From Cenococcum geophilum (taxonomy: Eukaryota): a stretch of DNA of 64,000 bases. Location: positions 4,588,001 to 4,652,000 of the forward strand of contig CP158636.1 of assembly GCA_050273025.1 (NCBI GenBank), written 5' to 3'. The position numbers and the translations under genes are program-made. A model generated the notes under the pieces. It ran no database searches, was not told where the DNA came from, and worked only from the letters and a program-made list of their open reading frames with translations. This document shows positions 48,892 through 62,791 of the stretch, in pieces. The first letter of the stretch is position 1; every line of letters starts with the position of its first letter.

Positions 48892-51800
48892 TATATTAAT
48901 CTAAACGTTATAACTTTATTCGTAGGTACTAAGATATATCTCTTACTTTTTTAGTCCTCTAATTATTCCTCTAAATCCTTTAATGTTATAATTAAGGCTC
49001 CTTTAATATAAGTTATAGCCTTCTCTATAATTAGGTAGTCCTAGATAACTTATTTATCTAACCATATATAAAAATCTTCCTACTTATCGTTATATCGCTA
49101 TCTATACTATTTTTGGTATAGCTGTTAGAGTATATATAGCTTATCCGTAAGGAAGTATCTTCTTATTACTATATTATAACAGCCTTTTATATATTGTTCT
49201 TTAAACCTAATAGGGATTCCTAAATCCTCTTTATTTTCCACTTTAATAAGCTACTTAGCTCTTAGTATGCCTACCCTAGGCCTATTAATAATTCTTTATA
49301 TAGGTGCCCTATCCCTTATATAACTAAGTATACTAGATCTCTTATCTAGTTTCTATTCTTACTATACGATAATTCTTCGTCTAAATTCTTCTATGGTTTC
49401 TTTTAGTTTGCGTCTTATAGATAGATCTTTAAAGTCTTCTTACTTCTTAATTTTAGTATTAACATTTTAATCCGGTTGCTAAGTCTTGCTTGCAATTTCT
49501 TTAATAGTCCTTATTTTATTGCTAAAGTCTTAGTCCTATATGATTCTTAGTCCTAAGCTTGCTTCTATCTTAAGCTTTACTCTAGCCTTAGTCTAATTAG
49601 GCTTTACTAGTATCCTTATCTCGTCTTAAGAGTCTTAAATCTTACTTATTTTATCTTAAGAATCTTATACCTTTAGGAAACTTTATCCTAAGCTTATTTA
49701 TATATTACTAAACTAAGCCATTACTTTACTCTATTGGTTATCGTCCGTTATAGATCCTTAAGCTTACCTTATCTCGTCTTAAGAATCTTAAGCCTTTAGC
49801 CTTTTGCCTTTATTAAGTGCCGAAGTAGTTTACTATCCTACTTCTCTTACGTCTTATAAAGCGATAGACATCGTATCTAGTGGGGTTTTAATTCCTACTA
49901 ATATTCCCTATTTTATAGTGGAATTATTCTCTACCTCTTATATAACATCTTTAAGGTTTATATACTTCTAGTAAGCTACTTTTATTACCTTATCGTTATA
50001 AAATATTTCGCCTACGTTAAAATTATTATCCTTAATGTCCGATCTGCGAACTAGTTTATTAGTTCCTTTATATTCTGCTAATTATAGCTCTTATAGCTAA
50101 TAGCTTACGCCATACTTAGCGTCCTTATAAATTTAGTATGCGTTATTATAATAAAACGCAAAACTTTTAATTAAATATTCTTTTATTCCCTGTAGCATAT
50201 TATTATCCCTCTATACGTATATATCGTCTACTAATCTCGTTTCTTTTACTATATAGTAACTCTAACTACTTTTATAGTCTTTAATGTAATAACTTTATTT
50301 TCTGTAATTTATATAAGCTCCTTCTTTAAACTATTTTTCTTGCTATAGAGTCTGCCTAAACGTCTTCTGCTATTAAGATCCCTAGCTTAGCCTTTACTTC
50401 TTAGGTCTTTAATTACTTAATCCTTATCCTCTAGGTTTCTATAATTTCTTATTCTATCTTTTAGATTCTTTAGTACTGCTTAGGTTTATTAGCTTTATAT
50501 TATACTATAGTTTCTAACTTAGCTTTAGTTATTACGTACTTTGCGCCTTATATAACTATAGAACTCTATCCTAGCCTCTTTTAGCCTGCTCCCTTTAGTA
50601 AATCCAATTGTTAATTTTAATTACTTAATCTATTAGTTCCTATAGGGTTTCCATATCTTCTATTAGGATAATTATATCCTAGACTTTAGCCTTAAGTCCT
50701 TATTTATACTGTGCTATAAGCGCCTTATTATTTTACTTAACTTATATTACTAATGTCTGGAACTATATCGTATACTTAATTACTAAGGTTTATTGCGTAA
50801 TGTCTTAGAGTTTTCTTTCCGCTATAGTTACTGCCTCTAGGTCTCTAAATATTTGTATAAGTTGCTCCGTAAACTCCTTCTAGCTTAAGAATATAAATTA
50901 TACCTCCTAATTAGTGGTTATTATTCTATTTACCTATATCTTCATAAAGTAAGGCTTAAACTACTTAAGTGCCCTTTTTAATAGGAATAGTCCCGTATAT
51001 GCTATTTAATCTATAGATATTAGTAGCTTCGCTCCTTCTTACGTAACCTTAAAGTGTATTTATATAAGAAATCCTTTAAGTTTTAATCTTTCCCCTAAGT
51101 ACCTTTTAATTAATAGTAACTTAATCTTTGCTACTCCTATCTTATTAATTCTATTTTCTAGTATTATATTATTTTCTATTAGCTAGTTAACTATCTCTTA
51201 TAATTATCCGACTGTTATAGGTTGCTATAAATTAGTGTCTACTATACTAGTATTATTTCCTAACCTTAAAGTAGTTACCGCCGTTAATAGCGTTATAGTA
51301 GCTGCTTTTAGTAGCATATTATTTAACTCTATTAATACTATAACCTTAGTAGTGAATATATAATAAAGCCTTATAGTAGGAACTATGGTGGACTTATTAA
51401 TAGGCTAGGTATATAGGTAAATAAGAAGTTAATAACGTAATATAACTAGTAGAGTAGTTACCTAATAGATTAACTCTAATTATATTCTAAGATTTACTAT
51501 AAAGGAGAGAACTATCTAGGTAGGGACTGTGGTCCTTTAAATACATAACCGTACTCCTAAGAAATCCCCTTTATACGTAAGGTATGTGTTATATATATTA
51601 TACGTACGTTCCTTTTATACACTACGTATACTATATACAACGTCATATAACCTTAGTTACCATTCCTCGTCACATAGCTCTATCGGCTCTATCCTGGACC
51701 GTACCTAAATTAACTAACTAGCTTCTTTTATCTCTTCTCCTAGTAGTTGTAATATTGTACTTAAAGCGTCCGTAACAGAAGAGGTTTGAAATTAGGTAAG

Positions 51801-52664
51801 GGCTAGGGCTTAAGAGGAGGGTTTTAAGACTTCTAAGACGCGTATTTTAGGTGTTTGGTATAAGGAACAAAGCCCATACTACCACCTCCACGATTGCGCA
51901 CTATAATTGTAGTGTATTTAATTGATGAAGCTATATATTTACAACTTTGACGCGAAGTCTTAATGTTCTTAACCGCGCGCACGGGCCACATTTTATATCA
52001 CATCAATAATGTAAAGGATAGCTTCTACCTTTAATCCGTTTAATTTAGGCCCTATTTCTCTTATTCTCTACTCTCCTATCTCCTTAACCCTATATTACTC
52101 TTTAGTATAACGGGACTGCCGTTATAAGCGCTACGCGGTACGCGTAGCTGGTTTCCTTTTTACCTCAGCAAGCTTAGACGCGATTCTATTGATACGGATT
52201 TTCAATTGGTCCGTAAGCTTACTAACTACGTTTATACGAAACCACTAGAATTACATCTAAGCCACATTTCCGAGGGTTCTTACGCGTTCTAACAATATCC
52301 GCGTTGCGGAGATTACGGATATTAAAATAACTTAACACTAATATTTTATATTACTTCCCAAAGTTAATTAATTATATAATAGAACCTAGGCTTTCAGAAT
52401 ATATTATTTTTATTACTTAGGTATTTTTAGGTCTTATAATCATTTTCTTTAAAAAAAACGCGTTATTAGGAATCCCGTAACTATATATAACTTTATTAAA
52501 CACTAGCTAATATATATAAAACCTATATAGACCTATAATAGCCACCCTAAAGAACCTATTATAGCCTAGCGGATATATAGTGTCCGCGTTATAGTATATA
52601 ACACCTACTAAAACCTTATCGCACGCCCACTACTAAGTCACGGATATCTAGGCAAATCTACCGT

Positions 52665-55600
52665 ATGCTAGCACCAAAACCCACTAGCCGGAGAGGGAAG
52701 AAGTTAAATAAGGTGCTAGAACAGCCGCGGCCGTATTAGGTATTAAATAATTAAACTTAAAGGAATTGTAAAACGGACTAGGAACGACGGCTATAGGACC
52801 TTTAAGATTAGCTTCTTACGCTTTGCGGAGAGAGTAAGGCCTAATAGCTAAGCAAGGTTAATAAGGCTATTGCTTTTTTATATCCTTATCGCGGACGTAC
52901 GGAGTAGCTTAAAGCCCTTAGGTGGCTGCTATTTAAGAAAAAAGATATAATACTTATTATAAGAACCTTATTTAGCAAGAGTATAATAATATAAGCAATG
53001 CCATGTCTTCTTTAGGCCTTAGTAGTGATTATTATCTTGCTACTTAATGCGATTAGTATAGAGTAAAAGGCAAAAATTAAGGAGCTTCCTAGAATAAGGC
53101 TGGTTTACGTATACGCCAAGACAATATCTATACGTCTTTTACGGGAAATCCGCATTAGAGTGTATACTTATATTTTAATATCGCCAAAGCTGTTAGTTAG
53201 CAAAAGGTTTTATAAAACTCTTACTAACCCTACCTTTTATATATATTAGTTTAGTAGTAATTAATAAGGTGCACCTTATAGCTAATTAGGGGGATTTATT
53301 CTAGAGTTCGTATACACAGCTATAGAAAGTGCGGTCGTTATTAGGGCGGAAGCCTTGGTTTACTTATACTGTAACGCTTAACAATATAACGTTTAAGATT
53401 ATTATTAGTATAACTTTTACAACGTGTAGAATACATATATCACAATGATATGTACTATGCGGTGTTGTAAATAGATGATTCTCTAAGATCTACGCGTTAT
53501 AAGAGGTAAGGCTTGTTACATATTCTCCTATAACCTCTGTTAACCAATTACGATTTTCTATACCTAGTATAGAAAATTGCCATTGGCTCACTTACTACTA
53601 GCGCCTTAGCCGCCCTTACGATATATCTAACACTTCTAGCTACACTGGGAATACTTTAGAAAACGTGAAGATCCAGTATCCTATAACTGTGCAATTCAAA
53701 AATCTATATACGCACTTCTCCTTCCTTCCTTCCTTGCTGTTATAGCATAGGTTGTAATAGTACTAGGTAGTGTTACAGATACAGGTAGATTACTATAGGT
53801 TGCCGCAGATTGCCGTAGATTGCGGTTATATGGCACAGAGATCGTATACGCCCTTTTTGCTATATTTACACGTTGATTGACTAGGTTACTAACATAGTGC
53901 GTTCTACCTATTCCACTGTCTTTAACTTAATTTAGTTTATATTAATAAGTCGTTTAAGGGCTAATAATAGTTTACTTTTAGTTATAGCGTTTATAGGGTT
54001 GCTATCTCCGTTAATCCATTTAACTTCCGCTATTTCGCGTTTTTTATATAACTGGCGTAGGCACATAATATTAATTATAAGTCTCTTCTCTTGTGTAGTT
54101 CCTAGTTTAACAAGGCATTTATAAATTAACTTAGAATTAGTGCAAAGAATGAGCGGGAGGCTGATGTTAAGTTGTAATTCGATTGTGGCTTTAATTACAG
54201 CGCCGATGTTAAAACTATGGGCTATAGCATATAATTCAGAGGCTAGTATGCTTCTAGTAATTCTCTTATACTTAACTAAGGACTAGTAGATAATATTCGC
54301 CTTATTTAATAAGTCTGCTAGTACTAAGATATATCTAATCTATAATAAGAGGTCTTTATTATTTATAAATAAGGAATTAGTAAATATAAGTAGTTAAAGT
54401 GTCTTTATATTAAGCTTAACAAAGCTTAAGCCTCTTATTAAGTTCTTAATTTGCCACTAAATTCTCTTATTAAGTAGTTTTGCGTTTTTCTTATTAGGGT
54501 TAATCACCTAGGCAGTATAGGATAAATTAAAAGAAGCTTTAGGCTGGTATATAGACGTAATATAAGCTCCTCTTGCTTGTTAGGCGATATATTAGTCCTT
54601 AGGTGTAAGTGCTATATAAATAGTGCCTTTAGAACTAGTTGTTATAGTAGCTTTCTTAATATTAATAAGGGTTAAGTTCTGGCATTGGCGCTCTTATATA
54701 AGCGTGATTACGTAATCATGTTGTTAGATAATGCCTCCGTTAAACTTAATTGGGTATTCTAGTATAAGTTACTCGCGTTCTTTAGTTGGGAACTTAGCTT
54801 TTTTAATCTTCTCCTATTCCGAAGCTGCAAAAACTAAGTTAGCTAGTAGGAGGGTGTTATTAGTCTATAAACCAACTATTCCGAAACTTATAGGGTTATT
54901 AAGGTGAAGTAGGCAGGGGTTATAAATAGATTAGCTTATGTTTAGTTCTTTAATATGGTGGTTATAGTAAGTTTTAAACTAATAATTACCTACCTTAGGA
55001 ATGCCGTATAAAGGTCTAACAACTTTTAAAATTATACCTTATAAGACTCTAAGTGCTATACTGAGTTTAAGAGGTGCTTTAATATAAAAGTCTTAGTTTA
55101 GTTTTGTAGTTAATTATATATAGGCCTATAAAATATCTCGTAAGTAGAGATGTGTACTATTGTTCTGAGTTATAGCTGTGATATAAAGAATAAGGCGTTG
55201 GCTGACTTATTAAATTATAGGTAATTAGGTTAGTATAAGGTCTTTCTCTGGGTTATTATAGGCCTATATAACTAGTTTTAACTTCTTAAAGGCTTTATTA
55301 GTACCGGGGTTCTTAATCTTGTTAACGAATTTAGAGTTAAATATTCTATTGCCTTATGGTATATCCTTAGGGTTAACTAGTTTAAAAACTCCTTTCTTAA
55401 GTAATCCCTTAATCTCCTTCTAGCGTAATGCTGTAAACTGATTAGGATTTATGAGTTAATTATTATCCTTATCCTGTAGATAAATTAAGATGTTCGCGGT
55501 ATTTGCTTTAATAGGGTACTTATGTGGTTTACCTCTTCCGCGTTTAACGGGTTAAGGTCTAGGCTTAGTTTAAGGTTAAGGTTTAGGCTTGGTTTAAGGT

Positions 55601-58600
55601 AAAGGTAGTTTAATATTATTATCTTCTAGTTGCGTATCTTCTGTAATTTTGGGGTCTACTATATATGGTTTTATAACTATGCTACGGAAGTTAGTGGGTC
55701 TGTAGGGAAGTTGTATAGTACAGGTCTTATTTTTAATGCTAAGTAGGTTATACGGACTAGACTAGTAGCCGGGTTGGCCTATAGGTCCTTCTCTCCATAC
55801 CAATATAGGTAAGTTGAGTGGTAGGTTATAAATCGCGGTTGTCTTGGGTCTATTATATATATTAAGGGCATCTACTACTTGGCGCTTAGCTCTAAGCTTC
55901 TTAACTTCTTTTATAGCCTTTTTAAGAGCTACTGCTTGTTTTATAACCGTAGGATTGGGTGCGTCGGATTCCACTATATATAGGTAAGCTCCAAATACTA
56001 ATAAGGTATGTATAAGACTATTAAGGCCTGCGGAGTTGTTAATTGCTTTAAAAGCTATTTGTAAAGTTATATCTTTATTAATATCTAGTAGTTCTGTAAT
56101 AATGATATAGTATATGCAACGAAGGGGGCTATAGTAACGTTCTACTATTCTAACTGAATTGTGGGCTTTGATAGGTACGCCTTTTATAACTATTCCGAGT
56201 ATTGTAGCGTATTGTTTAAATTCTTTGCTTATAAAGTTCTTGCCTATATCGTGTGTGATAATATTAGGGGGTCCTAGGTATATGTTAATCCAGTATATTT
56301 GTAGTATATCCTATATATGCTTGGCGCTAATGTTTTATAGCTATCTACCGGCTTAAAATCGTATTCCTTTATTAATAATATATAGTAGAGGTATGCCATC
56401 AATATACATAATATTAACTATAATTAAGTAGTTAAAATTAATATTATTATATAAGGTAAATCTGAATCTACCAGGCGACTTTCTATGTTTTTAACAATGG
56501 TGGTAATAGCGTATAAGATGGTCCAAAGTCTTACTATTAATGTTATGCCCTAAGCGTTTAAGTATTCGTGCAAGACGCTTAACTAAAGGGTGGCCGAAGC
56601 GACGATATAGTCGTCTTAATTTAATGTCAGTTAAGTAGTAAGGGTTTTAATTAAATGATATAGTTAAGTAGTTATATAGGGATGTGTTTTAAAGGAGGAA
56701 TAGATAGCTAAAGCGATGTATAACTGGTACTTCGCTCTAAGGGGTAATTAGCATATTTTTTAGGTTGTTAAAGTACACTTATAGTTAATTTATGTCTGCT
56801 AGGTAGAGCAAAAATGGGGTATTAACTTTAATAATATGAAACTTGATTGTGCTGATTAGGGTAGTTACTTTAGTTAATCTAATTAATGAGGTTAATCCGA
56901 TGCCGAATTGTACATTAACTATACCTTATGTGGTGGTATTAAGTTGTATACTAGTATTAAGTCTTTAGAATGCTAGGAATTGGCCGTATCCTACTATAGA
57001 TTGTTTAGATACTTCTATGTTAATTATTATACCTATAAAGTAGTCTGCAGTATAGCGGGACGTGGATGTGGTTATATTATAGGTAAAGGGGTCCTAGTTG
57101 GTTATAAAAGGTGTTATATTATCTATAGTTATAACCAAATAGCTAAAGGCTTTATTAGCTAGGGTAGTAGCTATAGAAGTTGCTTTATACTATTCTACTT
57201 AGCCAAAAGAGGTATAGAAGTAGTTAATGTCTAGTTAAGAGTTCTTATCGGTTGTCTTATAATTTATGTTAATGGTTAGTGCTTAGAAAGCTTCCTTAAG
57301 CTCTTCTTTTAAGTTGATATTGTTATCCTTGTAGTCCATAATATATTAATTAAGTTGTTTGTTAAATCAGTTATCAAATTTACTAAACTTATCTCTGTTG
57401 GCGGTTCTAAACTTAGCTTTAGACTCTTCTTGTTTTTTTTAGGTATAGTTTTATAATCGGTAGCCTTCCTTATTATATATAAAGCAACGTAGTTTATAAT
57501 ATGGAGAGAAATAGGGGTGGGTGCGGTTGCGGTTGTGGTTTCGGTCGTAAGTTCGGTTTTAATATTAGTTATAGTTTTAATACCAATTGTGGTTATTCTC
57601 CCGTCTAAAGTACTAACGATTTATATAGTAAGCTTGAGTTTAAGCTTGCTTTGGGTTCTGTTTTTTATAAGCTGTAATTAAGGACTGTAGTTTGTTGATA
57701 AGGGGGCCTAGTTCTTAAGGTGGGTCTAATATAGCGAATTGGTATACGTAAATTCCCTAGTAAGACGTAACAAGTTTATTAGTTAGGAATGGTGTTGTTT
57801 ATAGTTCTGGGGTAAGGCTATACTATAGTTGGGAGAGTGTATTAATTAATATTTGGAGGTAATCGCTAGTTAATTTGTCTGTGTTCTTGTTTATTATTGT
57901 CCTTAATAAGATTATATTCTATTTACTAAGGTTCTTGCGTTCTAAGCTAGGGCCTTTAAAGAAATTACAAAGGTACCTACACGCGTCTTTAAATAAGAGA
58001 TTACTAAGTCCGCTGTTAAAGTACTAGTTTAAGGCTAGACCTGTTAATATAATTGGTAAAGCTTTATTATAAGCCTCTTATAGAATATTAGATTGGCTAT
58101 AGATGCTATAGAAGATAGTAAGTTTATAATTAAAGCTGCCATTTATGCTATTGTATTTAAGTTCCTCTATATATATCTTTGCTGCGTTAAAAATCTCTTT
58201 ACCCTATTTTAGTATAGTTGGCATCTATAGGAGGGGAGCGGTTTAGGGTCATGGGGTTGCGTACGGTAAAGGTCCTACTAGTATTCCTCCGGATAGTAGT
58301 AGGGTTGTAGTCTAGACACTTAATGGTTGTTATAGTTAAAATAGGGTTATATAAACTGTTGGGTTTTATAATACTTTATAGTTAAGACCGCGCTTAAATA
58401 TATTGTTTATTTTGTTTAACTAAAACCCGTTTCCATTTAGCTTATCGTATACCTTATCTAAGTTCTCTTAAGTTTAGGAATATTAACGTTCTTCCTGGGT
58501 TAATTTAAATAAGAGTTGCGCATATGTTGTGCGTTTCTCCTTTATACGTATATATACTCCTCTATGTTATAGGAAGGTATATATGCTTTAAAGGTACTAT

Positions 58601-60875
58601 ATATTTACTTTTAAAAATATATTAATACTAAATGTTTTAAAATCGTCTTAGAAGGAAGACTAAAGTCTATTGTCTATTAGCTTGTACTCGTTGTATTCCC
58701 ATAACTTAAATAATGTAAAGTCTATAAGGTCTTTACTAGTTACCGTTTGTATATTAATCCCGTTTCTCTATTGTTCTACTTCTACTTTCTAGTCCGTAAG
58801 TATAGCTATTTTAGAAGGGATAAGGACGCGTAAAATGGTTTAGGGGACGGTTTAAGTAGTTGTTTAAGGGATAGTTTAAGTGGTAGTTAGGGTGGTCGCG
58901 TTCTTAGTATGGTCGCGTTCTTAATATAGTCGCGTTAACTACTAGTATAGTGGTCTATCTCTAGTTAAGGTAGAGCGTTAGACGTCTTTTAAATCCAGGG
59001 TAGATTTAAGGTATTTCCGGGTAAGGTAGAGTATTAAATATCTTCTAAATCTAGAGTACTTTAATTCTCTTTAACTGAAATAGGGCCTTTATAAGGTGGA
59101 GCGTAAACATCTTCCAAGCAAGTGCGTATCTCCTAATCTGTGCGCACTTACTAATCAGTGTTAGTATAACTTTTATAACGTGCAGAATATATATATCACA
59201 ATAATATATACTATACGGTATTATAAATAGATAATTCTCTAAGATCTACGCGTCGTGAGAGGTAAGGCTTATCGCGTGTTCTCCTATAACCTCTATTAAC
59301 CAATCACGATTTTCCATACCCGGTATGGAAAATCGCCATTGGCTCGCTTACCACTAGCGCCTTAGCCACCCTCACGATGTGTCCAATACTTCTAGCTACA
59401 ATTATTTAAGGGTTAGTGGGCTTTTAAAATAATATTAATATAATACGGATATCGATTAACCAGCTAGATCTATTAATTATTAGAGAATACGTTAAATAAG
59501 GAAGTAAGAAGTCCTTTAAGAGCTTATACTTTGTTATAGACTACGTGTATACCGCTATATCCGCTAAGCAAAGAATCTAATATACACTAACTCCTTACTA
59601 GATCCTAAAGATAATTATTTTTCTTAATTTAAAAGATATAATATTACTCTATAGGGACTTAATTTGTTTATAGTTAGTATATTATAGGTACCAGAAAGCG
59701 TAGGCTAGAAGAGCTATTTAGCTTTATTATATATTATTAGCTATTATAGATAAAGACAGACTATATAAGGAGTTTAGAAAGCCTAACTTAAAAATCTGCA
59801 TTCTACTCTTCTCTAACGCGCTTACCTATAGCGCTAATATTCCTAATATTAACTATATTGCGCAGTATTATATATATAAAGATAAGTCCATTAACATAAT
59901 ATGGCAATAACTTAGACGCGGTGCTCGTGGTAGTAGTTAAATAGGTAAGGCGATATTTCTAATCAAGGATTGGTATAAAGGTCTACGTAAGGATATTGCT
60001 AGGCCAGCCAAAAATCGCGGTTATACTAAAGCCTTCTAATCTTAGCTAAGTTAACTTAGCCGCGAATATTATATCGAGCGATAGGTACTATAAGAGGACG
60101 GGGCTGCTGATTTTACTAGTAATATATCTTTAAGAGTGTCCGTATATAGTAATGCTAATTCTAATTTATTCGCATTTAATATAGGGTAAGAGCTTAGTCT
60201 AGGTGGAATATCTATAGTTCTACCTACGGATATTCTACTAGGGAAGCTAGCGTAGCGCCTAAAGACTAAAGTTAAGAAAAGAGCAGCTCTCTCCTATTAT
60301 ATATATACTCTTATAAATAAGGAAAAGGGCTGCTTATAAAAGATTATATTAGAGAACTATAAGGAACAGTCTCCGTCTACTAGTAGCCAGGGTTATTACT
60401 CTAACTATAATCCTACTTTACAGGCTTTTAAAAAGTTTAATATCCGTAAGCCGTATATAAAGGGGATTCTAAGGAAGATATAATAAAAGGCCTTTGCCGT
60501 AAGTATAAAAAACTAGTTCTATAACTAGATGGAGAAGAAATATTAGCACGCTATTTGGAATCTAACCTTAAGCTACGTTATATCTAATAAGTAAATTACC
60601 GCCTTCTATAGCTGCGCCTAGTATATAACTAGCCATAAAGCGCTTAAGAAAAACCTACCTAATTAGAATTGTGATTAGCTTAGTAATAATCTAGATAAGT
60701 TTATTGCCTTTATTTAAGCGGAGGTAGAAAAGGCAAATTAGGTAAAGAGCTAGCTATTAGCGTTAGTAAATAAATTAAAAAATAGCGTAAAGCGGATATT
60801 ACCACGGTCTAGGGTAGCGGAGAGGCGTATAGTATTGGTAGCTCAACGTCTGCAAATATAAGTAGCTTAGCTACC
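52665..60875 (+). pseudogene. RecQ-like superfamily-2 helicase gene, RIP-degraded, split by Copia B (53403-59400)
   Basis: In frame from ATG 52665: motif I RTLFSKS (=RTSFGKS, 52962-52982) and motif Ia IILLLNAI; then motif II VVINKVH (=DEVH, 53263-53274) followed by .WG..F, motif III TVTL (=TATL); after the insertion motif V ILLFSNALTYSANIPNI, motif VI WQ.LRRGAR (~59902-59928) and a RecQ Zn-binding-like C...YYSNY (=CCSNC) at ~60330-60410. Confidence 0.82.
53403..59400 (-). mobile_element. Full-length Copia retrotransposon (GalEa-type) family B, RIP-degraded
   Basis: 242-bp LTRs 53403-53644 and 59159-59400; TSD attat (53398-53402, 59401-59405); ctgattagt after the 5' LTR; integrase HRRFGHP ~56590-56610, RT GL(Q)T(DD) ~54855-54880, RH QEKRLIIN ~54075-54095. 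Confidence 0.95.
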
Positions 60876-60879
60876 TTAA

Positions 60880-62791
60880 TTATTATTATTTATTGCTTAA
60901 CGTCCAATTCGGATCCCTATTAGGCCCACGCGGACTACTCCTTATATATATATGGGGAGAAAACTCTATTTAAGAAAACCCCGTAATCCATCTCCCTACC
61001 TTTTAGGACTCGCCTATAAGGCGCCTATAAGGCGCCTATAAGTCACCTATAGTGCTCTACTACCTTACTTTTTAACCTTCTTAGGAACCACTGCTGCCGT
61101 AATAAGCCTATAGACGCGCTAGTATTGCAAACTTTACTCTACTACTATAGAGTCATTAGGGGGCGCCTATTACTTACCCCCCCCTGCCCTTTATTACTAT
61201 TTCCCTTATAACCTAGAACTGGTTTAGTACATTTTAGCTAATAAGCTACTGGGTAACCGCCTTAAGGCCTTTTTGTGTTAAGAGTAGTGTATTATAGTTC
61301 TCTGTACTAGCTACTAAGAGCATTACTTCTTAGTTAGTGTGTAAGGGGCATAACAGTATTACGTATTTTAGTATCTGTTTTAGCTAGCCATATTTATATC
61401 TCGGGCTACCTACTAGGACACCCACCTAGTAGAGCTAGTCTTTTAGTCCTATTATTCCTATTCTTAAAAGTATTACTATTATATTTTCTACCTTTATTAG
61501 GCCTTCTTAGAGCCCTAGAGTATTTACCCCCTATAGCGTTAACTATACTACGGCTTAGGTTCCTCTTGCCTTAGTTAGCCTCTGTACCTTTAACTCCCAT
61601 ATACCTCTCTAGCGTTAGTCCAGCTAGTATTATATTGCGGTAGATAGTTTCCTAGCGTTCTTTTATACTCTACTTTAGCTTCTTTCTCTCTCTTACTGTT
61701 ATCTTTACTGGCCTTTTATGCGTCTTCCTTTCTCCTCTATATAGGCCTAGGCCCTAAAGCAGCACCATTTTTCTTTTACTTTCTTCACCTGTTTCTCTAA
61801 TATGTCTTCCCTACTTTAGGGTTATTAGTTTGTTCTTCTATAGGGCGCCCTAGGGTTCCTCTATAGTTTATTTAGGCGTGTCTTAATATACTTTATAATA
61901 TTAAAGTTGCGTTTATTTTACGCCCTTTATATTATAGTGGCTTTAATATATAGTTATAGGGGGGGAATATTGGCTTCCTTTTTAAGCAGTACTGTGGCCG
62001 TTTGCTTATATCCGCCTATTATACTCCAGAGGCAGACTATTTAGACCTTTTAGAGTGGTTTAAGGAGCGATTTAGGGGGGCCTTTTTTAGATTCTCTAAT
62101 GGCCCAAATACTGGACCTATATGTTATAGTTAGCCGGACAACTGCTGTATATAATAGGCATAACCTCTAGAAGCATGGACCCTATATAGAATTAACAATC
62201 CTAGATAATATAATGTACTATACTTAGCCCTTATAGGCTGCTTACGCTGCATATATACTCTACTAGAGCTTACTATCTACCTATACTCCTAATACCCTTA
62301 GGCCCTAAACTAGTTAACCCCTAAAGCCTTAGATGTAAATTATATACTAGAGATCTATAGATTAGTTACGTTTTCTTATAAAGTAGATTAGCTAGTATTT
62401 CTCTAGTAAGAATTAAACTCTATATCGTCTTGCCTATTCTATATAAGTATTATAAGCTTTCTCCAGTGTTCTGCAATTCTCTACGGCTATTAGCCCGTAT
62501 ATAATTAGGTTTATATTATTAACAAAGCCTATCCCCTAGGTTGCCCCTTTCTTAAAGGAGTTAAGTAGGTTGCTTATAAAGAAAAGGAAGAGTATAGGTA
62601 AGAGGGGTAATCCTTATAGTATTCCTATTGCAACTATAATAGGGGGGCTCTGGTATCCGCTAAAGACTAGTAATATTTCTTTCTAACCTATAAACCCTTA
62701 AACAAATTATATAATCCATTCTAGGAAGCCTTTTGCCCTAAGGATATATAGGAGACGCTTATAGGGTACGTTATTATAGGCGCCGCTAATA
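60880..62791 (-). mobile_element. Tad1-like LINE (3' part with RT), heavily RIPed, interrupted at 62792
   Basis: RT motifs ISGAYNNVP(H).RLL, GI(P)(Q)G(S)PL(S)PILFLFF and GFV(DD); 3' part homologous to 19230-20081; (TAA)n tail. Confidence 0.9.

Larger units (their letters stand above)
30786..51777 (-). mobile_element. Full-length Gypsy-A chromovirus copy 3 (variant LTR), carrying three nested insertions
   Basis: 419-bp LTRs 30786-31204 and 51359-51777; TSD gaaga (30781-30785, 51778-51782); internal pieces 31205-33951, 41917-42284, 46640-48025 and 48900-51358. Confidence 0.95.
28771..52017 (-). mobile_element. piggyBac-like DNA transposon (~2.25 kb net), split by a 21-kb Gypsy nest at 30786-51777
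   Basis: Bipartite inverted repeats cctttacattatt + tataaa.tgtggcccgtg at 28771-28811 and 51980-52017; transposase remnants on the minus strand in both arms. Confidence 0.85.

Noticed and set aside
51968..51990. TTAA-CCG as a canonical piggyBac end
   Set aside because: It faces the wrong way relative to the transposase and lies inside the outer inverted repeat ending at 52017.
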